A stretch of 49,846 nucleotides of DNA, filler included, from Jimgerdemannia flammicorona (Eukaryota), in the NCBI GenBank assembly GCA_003990765.1. It is 2 parts of 2 records of this genome, joined end to end, with 100 filler letters (N's around TTAATTAATTAA, not from the genome) between each part and the next. Parts side by side here need not be neighbours in the genome. Positions count along the whole stretch, not along the records: positions 24,976 to 49,846 come from RBNJ01000909.1; 1 more part is not named here. One strand, given 5' to 3'. Positions 45,572-49,846 of this stretch are shown piece by piece. Both the position numbers and the translations under genes were made by a program. A model generated the notes under the pieces. It saw nothing but the letters and a program-made list of their open reading frames with translations. It was not told the origin of the DNA and did not search any database. Each line of letters starts with the position of its first letter. The stretch's first letter is position 1.

Positions 45572-45990
45572 CCTATCTTGTGACAAATCACACCGAAGTA
45601 TTCGCAACGTGCGCAGGGCTTTCCTCGACATAGTTTCTTGTGCAATTTGCATTCAACACACATTTCTGGGAGAGGTCCGTTTTGTTGTCCTGACAGCAGC
45701 GTGAATACGACATCGCCTCTTCTTCAAACAGTCTGGACATTCTGCGTATGGAATGGGCTCAGAGATAGAAGCGGCTGTGGTGGAAGTGGGCGTCTGTGGA
45801 GCGGCATTTGCGATGGAAAGTATTTGGTAAGATGGTGGATTAGCTTGGAGATTCTGCGAGGTCGGCCGTAGCTTGATTCATTGCGTCGCCATTTGGCAAG
45901 TCGCAAGTGCTTGTCTCAGACGCGACAGTTTGCAGGTTGTCATACGTCGGATGGTTTTCAGCGGTATCCTTGTCGCTTTCTGGGGAAAGC
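45572..45990 (-). pseudogene. Third, diverged copy of the CCCH/Zn2Cys6-like gene, with two frameshifts
   Basis: LPNGD...(fs)...IPYAECPDCLKKRRCRIHAAVRTTKRTSPRN(fs)CVECKLHKKLCRGKPCARCEYFGVICHK, followed by a GTAAGT donor-like site. Confidence 0.8.
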
Positions 45991-48115
45991 GGGTATTGGC
46001 AAGAGAGAGTAAAGGTGGTCACAAGGCGGCATGAAAAACGAGCTGAATTCGATGTCATGGAATTTGGTAGAGGAGAGCAATTGTTTTCTAGGCATTGGAA
46101 AACTGTCGGAATTTTTCAAATGTTTGTACATGTTCTGCTTTTTAAAAATTTACGACGATGAGGCTTCCTTTTTTTCGTCCGTCTATCATATTTTTCTGGA
46201 AGTGTTCCGTGATGATAAGATTGCCTTTTTTTTTTTTTTTTTTTTTTTTTGACAAAAAAAAAAAAAATAAAATAAAAATCGCCAGTTAGCTCAAATATCG
46301 TATGAGGTCCAAGAATACTGACCGCGTGGTTGTGAAGTATATATTAAAATTTACAGTTTGCCAGGTGTTAGTGACATTCTTCGAGCGTCCTGATATATTA
46401 TATCCGTGTAACTAGCGTGTCGGTGTCTAAAATACAGGAAAAGACAATTTGTTTATATTGCCCCAGACGGAATTGTTTATCCAGATATTCTATACTTGCA
46501 TAATCGACGCTGCGGTGTGTTTCTAAAAGAAAGGTACACTGCCTCATGAATACATCAGAATTCTTTGAATTGAAATTATGATTAAGAGTCCCAGAACAAA
46601 ATTTCATCGCTCGATGAGTATTTTCGGGACCCTGGGGTTCCTGAGCAAATTCTTCATAGTAATACATATCAATTAAACTCGGCTCCGAAGCTGTGCACCT
46701 TATCACTCAACCTACATATCGTTTCCTGACAAACCTAAATGACAAGTATCCCGGAATAATACCAAAAGCCGCATCAGAAAGGAAACGACCGTCTAATATT
46801 TTTAAAGGAGACGTTGATACGAATCAGAGCAAATATTAGGAACCACTTATCCGAGGTGCTTCGGGTAAACAAACCAGTACATCATAATAAGTCGATTCAC
46901 GTTAAGTATCAGTGTTGGCGAATTCATAACATTTGGCGGGTTTATCCATTTATCTAAACCCATAATTCATTGGAACTATATGTAATTTTATTTATATGGG
47001 CCACATAGCCAACGTTGATATCCTGGCTGATTTCCGGCCTGCTCTTCACTTAAATTGTCTTAGCTGCCTTGGTGCCGATGTAGTTCTCCATTGCGCCACT
47101 GTCCAGAAGGACTTCAATCTTCTGTTACCTCTATTCTTTTATTCCCCAGTTCCCCAATTGTTGTTTACATGCCTATGTTTATTCGTCAGTTTATATATGG
47201 AAACCACTTCTATTCCATAAAATATACTTTGGAAAAATTCGATTCTGCTTATAAGTGCTTGATTAGTCTTTTTTTTTTTTTTTTAAAAAAAAAATTTCTT
47301 CGAACCAGTTGACGGTCTCATCGAACTTACCCCTGACCCAGCCTCGGGCAATACTTGGAAAAATCCATCGTCATTCAGAGTACAAATAGGAAATCTCATA
47401 CCGCAGGATGGTTTCTTCCACATATCAACCGGCGCAGCCTTCGCACTTTCGGAACTGAAAGGTATCGCGGAGTGACGCAGGATATGGCAGTGGCCCAAAT
47501 CAGTCATCATTGCCTGTGGTCCCAATTTACGTACCCCATTGACCGGAATAGGCAGTTCTAGGATACGGAGTTTCGCGCTGATTTATGTCAATATCTCCCT
47601 TACCTGGGTTTTGGAAATTTCCCTTAATACAATTGTGTTAGCGTTTAACGGTTCAAACGCAGGAATTCATCGGACTAAATCCGACGCTTCTGTCAGTGCA
47701 AGCCAAATCCATCAATAAACGCGTTCAGGACGGACAATTCTGCCTTTGGTTAATGCCGATTCTCTGTTTATCGTAGGATATGCCACAAGGAAAATGCTAA
47801 AATATTTCCTTCAGTAAAATGGAGAAACCGATTTAATTCACGCAGCAGCGGTACTAAACATCGCTTCTGTATATCACATTATCCAGGCGAAAAGCATAAG
47901 TCGTTTTTTTTTACATCTTCAATTTCTGCTTTCCATTAGGCACGACAAACAATGGCCAGCGCTCGGGAGGGGTAATATATACTGTGGTCCATCGAGTGAT
48001 ATCCTTTTTTTTTTTATTTTTTTTTTATGTGTTATATGTTACCTTTCTTTTGGAGGATTAAATTATCATGTCAAATTATTTTTTGGCAGAGGATTAAATT
48101 TAATCTATTCAGGTG

Positions 48116-48223
48116 CAGGCCCTTCCATTACGTATTCCTCGAAATCAGACGTTTAGCCGTCGTCCCCAGGCCCTTCCATTACGTATTCCTCGAAATCAGA
48201 CGTTTAGCCGTCGTCCCCAGGCC
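48116..48223. repeat. Perfect 51-bp tandem duplication
   Basis: CAGGCCCTTCCATTACGTATTCCTCGAAATCAGACGTTTAGCCGTCGTCCC twice, then CAGGCC. Confidence 0.95.
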
Positions 48224-48689
48224 AAAGCGAGCTGGTCAAAGTCGCCTCAACAGCCGTAACAAACGACGCAACCATAAACACGCGTTTGTAGCGGTCTAAA
48301 TGAGGCAGAAACATCTCTGAAATATTCCAAGAACTCGGAAATCTTTGACATGACTTTCAAGAGGCAGCCAAAAAGGCATCATCGCCCCAACAATCGGCTT
48401 GAAGACGCCTTTAATATAAATCGCCTTCCGGACCGGAGCACAAATGATTTTTTTCGCAAAAAAAATTAAAATGACCATTCGCGCCATGCAAATGTGGTTT
48501 CAAATATGGAGCCAGAACGCACGAAAAAAGACGCAAAACCCTGTGGGGTAGAGTGAATATATAAATCTGTATGTCGAGAAGTGACTCAGAATGACGAGCT
48601 TCCAAAATGTTCTCTGAAGTCTGAATCCACAATTTATTTGTAAGACCACAGGTGGGGCAGGCCTGTGCTGTCACTCTGACTGTGTCTAT

Positions 48690-49360
48690 TGTGACGAGCC
48701 ATGAGCATACATATGCACAATTAGAATAGTCACCACATAAATTGGCCACATGCCATACAGAGCACTAAGCAACGAGATCAGTCCTGCTGTGCCAAATTGT
48801 ATAAATAACCAAGTAGCCAAATTAAGGAACATTTCGTTCCTCAGGAGAACAGCACATACCTGCCATAATTACTATACTATAGTTAGCTGAATAGCAATCA
48901 GTTAGTACCCAAACTTGTATAAAATACTCCAGAGATTTGAGTGAATAAACCTCAGTCTGAAATCCAAGTTAAAAAGCAAAAGACAAGTCTGCCTATAATA
49001 TACTTTGAGAGATATACCTGCCAAAAGCCACTTGATCCAAGGAAAGAATTGCAACACTTAGGAGAAATGCCTGCTCAAGAGCCACTGATAAGGAGATTAT
49101 GAGCTTTATTCCTCCAATTCAACTCCAGTCCACGTGCTGAAACCAAGTCAGAAAGATCCACCATCTTACCAGACTAAGCCTGAAGAATTGCCACCAAGTT
49201 GTAAGGAGAGAACTTCACCTGTTTGAAATAGATCCAAAGGATTGATCAAGACAAACCATTTGAACATTTTATTGCTTTTTGATAAAGTAACTGGGTGCTC
49301 AATCCAATCTACATCGTTGCCCCACCTTGTAATTTGCCTCTATTGAGCCGGCACGTTACA
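48690..49360 (+). mobile_element. Solo LTR related to Gypsy-B LTRs, 4-bp TSD CTAT
   Basis: TGTGACG...CGTTACA termini, with CTAT at 48686-48689 and 49361-49364. Segment 49262-49360 matches the reverse complement of 33871-33970, and internal blocks match 34590-34900. Confidence 0.9.
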
Positions 49361-49656
49361 CTATACAGGGGGTAAATGCGATGATATTAAAAGTCAGTTC
49401 AATAATTGTTCTGTCAGGGCGAATTTCCAAACACCTGCGTGAGGGGGATGTTGACTCGGATAAGCGCGAAGATTAGATGCAATTATCCGGAGATCTTCAG
49501 GGTAAAAAAAATTGGCAATCCGCATTAAGTGGCGTTTCCACAAGTGCTAAAGGAAACAGAAATTTGTCGAATTGCTTTTTCTATAGATGACATTAAGGAC
49601 GAACGTAGTTCAAATATTTTTACGTGCTCTAAACAAAACACATGGAAACTCTATAT

Positions 49657-49846
49657 TGTGACAAGCCAAGACGTACCACCCGAATCATATCTTAACCAGA
49701 TGACGCGAACAAGATGACGTGAACACTCAGCTTAGTAACCAGCAACTCTTGCTGCGGAAAACTGTATAAATAGCCAGACATACCAGAAAGGGTCTGTTTA
49801 CCTGTACAGACTCTGTACACCATACAGACTCTGTACACTGTACAGG
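49657..49846 (+). mobile_element. Start of another Gypsy-B-family LTR (runs off the window), CpGs largely retained
   Basis: TGTGACAAGCCAAGACGTACCACCCGAATC...GTAACCAGCAAC...CTGTATAAATAGCCAGACATACCAG matches the reverse complement of 34957-35117. Confidence 0.9.

Noticed and set aside
46398..46706. 102-aa minus-strand ORF
   Set aside because: No motif. The weak similarity to the duplicated units (PGVPE vs PSVPE) is on the opposite strand.
48116..48223. CRISPR-like repeat
   Set aside because: Head-to-tail duplication without spacers, in eukaryotic DNA with no cas genes.

Overview
Eukaryotic, intron-containing DNA, almost certainly fungal. An early-diverging or Mucoromycota-like lineage is my inference. 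The window is two pieces joined by an artificial 100-bp spacer at 24876-24975 (N44-TTAATTAATTAA-N44). Two clear host genes lie at the left: an AIRAPL/ZFAND2B-like AN1 zinc-finger protein ending in a UIM and a CaaX box (1122-2378, +), and a secreted two-LysM protein with a His/Lys-rich repeat linker (3868-4605, -). About 7.2-22.5 kb and 25-38.3 kb are nested transposon graveyards. They hold two dUTPase-carrying Ty3/Gypsy families (A and B), an L1/Tx1-type LINE family (one full-length copy, three partial), two copies of a 1.2-kb non-autonomous poly(A) retroposon with target-site duplications (TSDs), and a DIRS/Ngaro tyrosine-recombinase retroelement. These copies show directional C>T/G>A decay, first at CpG and then in other contexts, which stops sharply at element edges. 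At 38.7-48 kb is a tandem array of three small Cys-rich genes or pseudogenes (a CCCH module plus an atypical Zn2Cys6 cluster), along with a MITE; related LTRs follow at 48.7-49.8 kb. The most striking observation is that the Cys/His bi-module of this gene family recurs, with matching spacing and a shared R-x-SPG linker, inside the Gypsy-B pol polyprotein. There it sits in a multi-zinc-finger spacer between protease and dUTPase, which suggests domain exchange between a retrotransposon and a transcription-factor-like host gene family. Both Gypsy families also carry a conserved, non-env third ORF after integrase.
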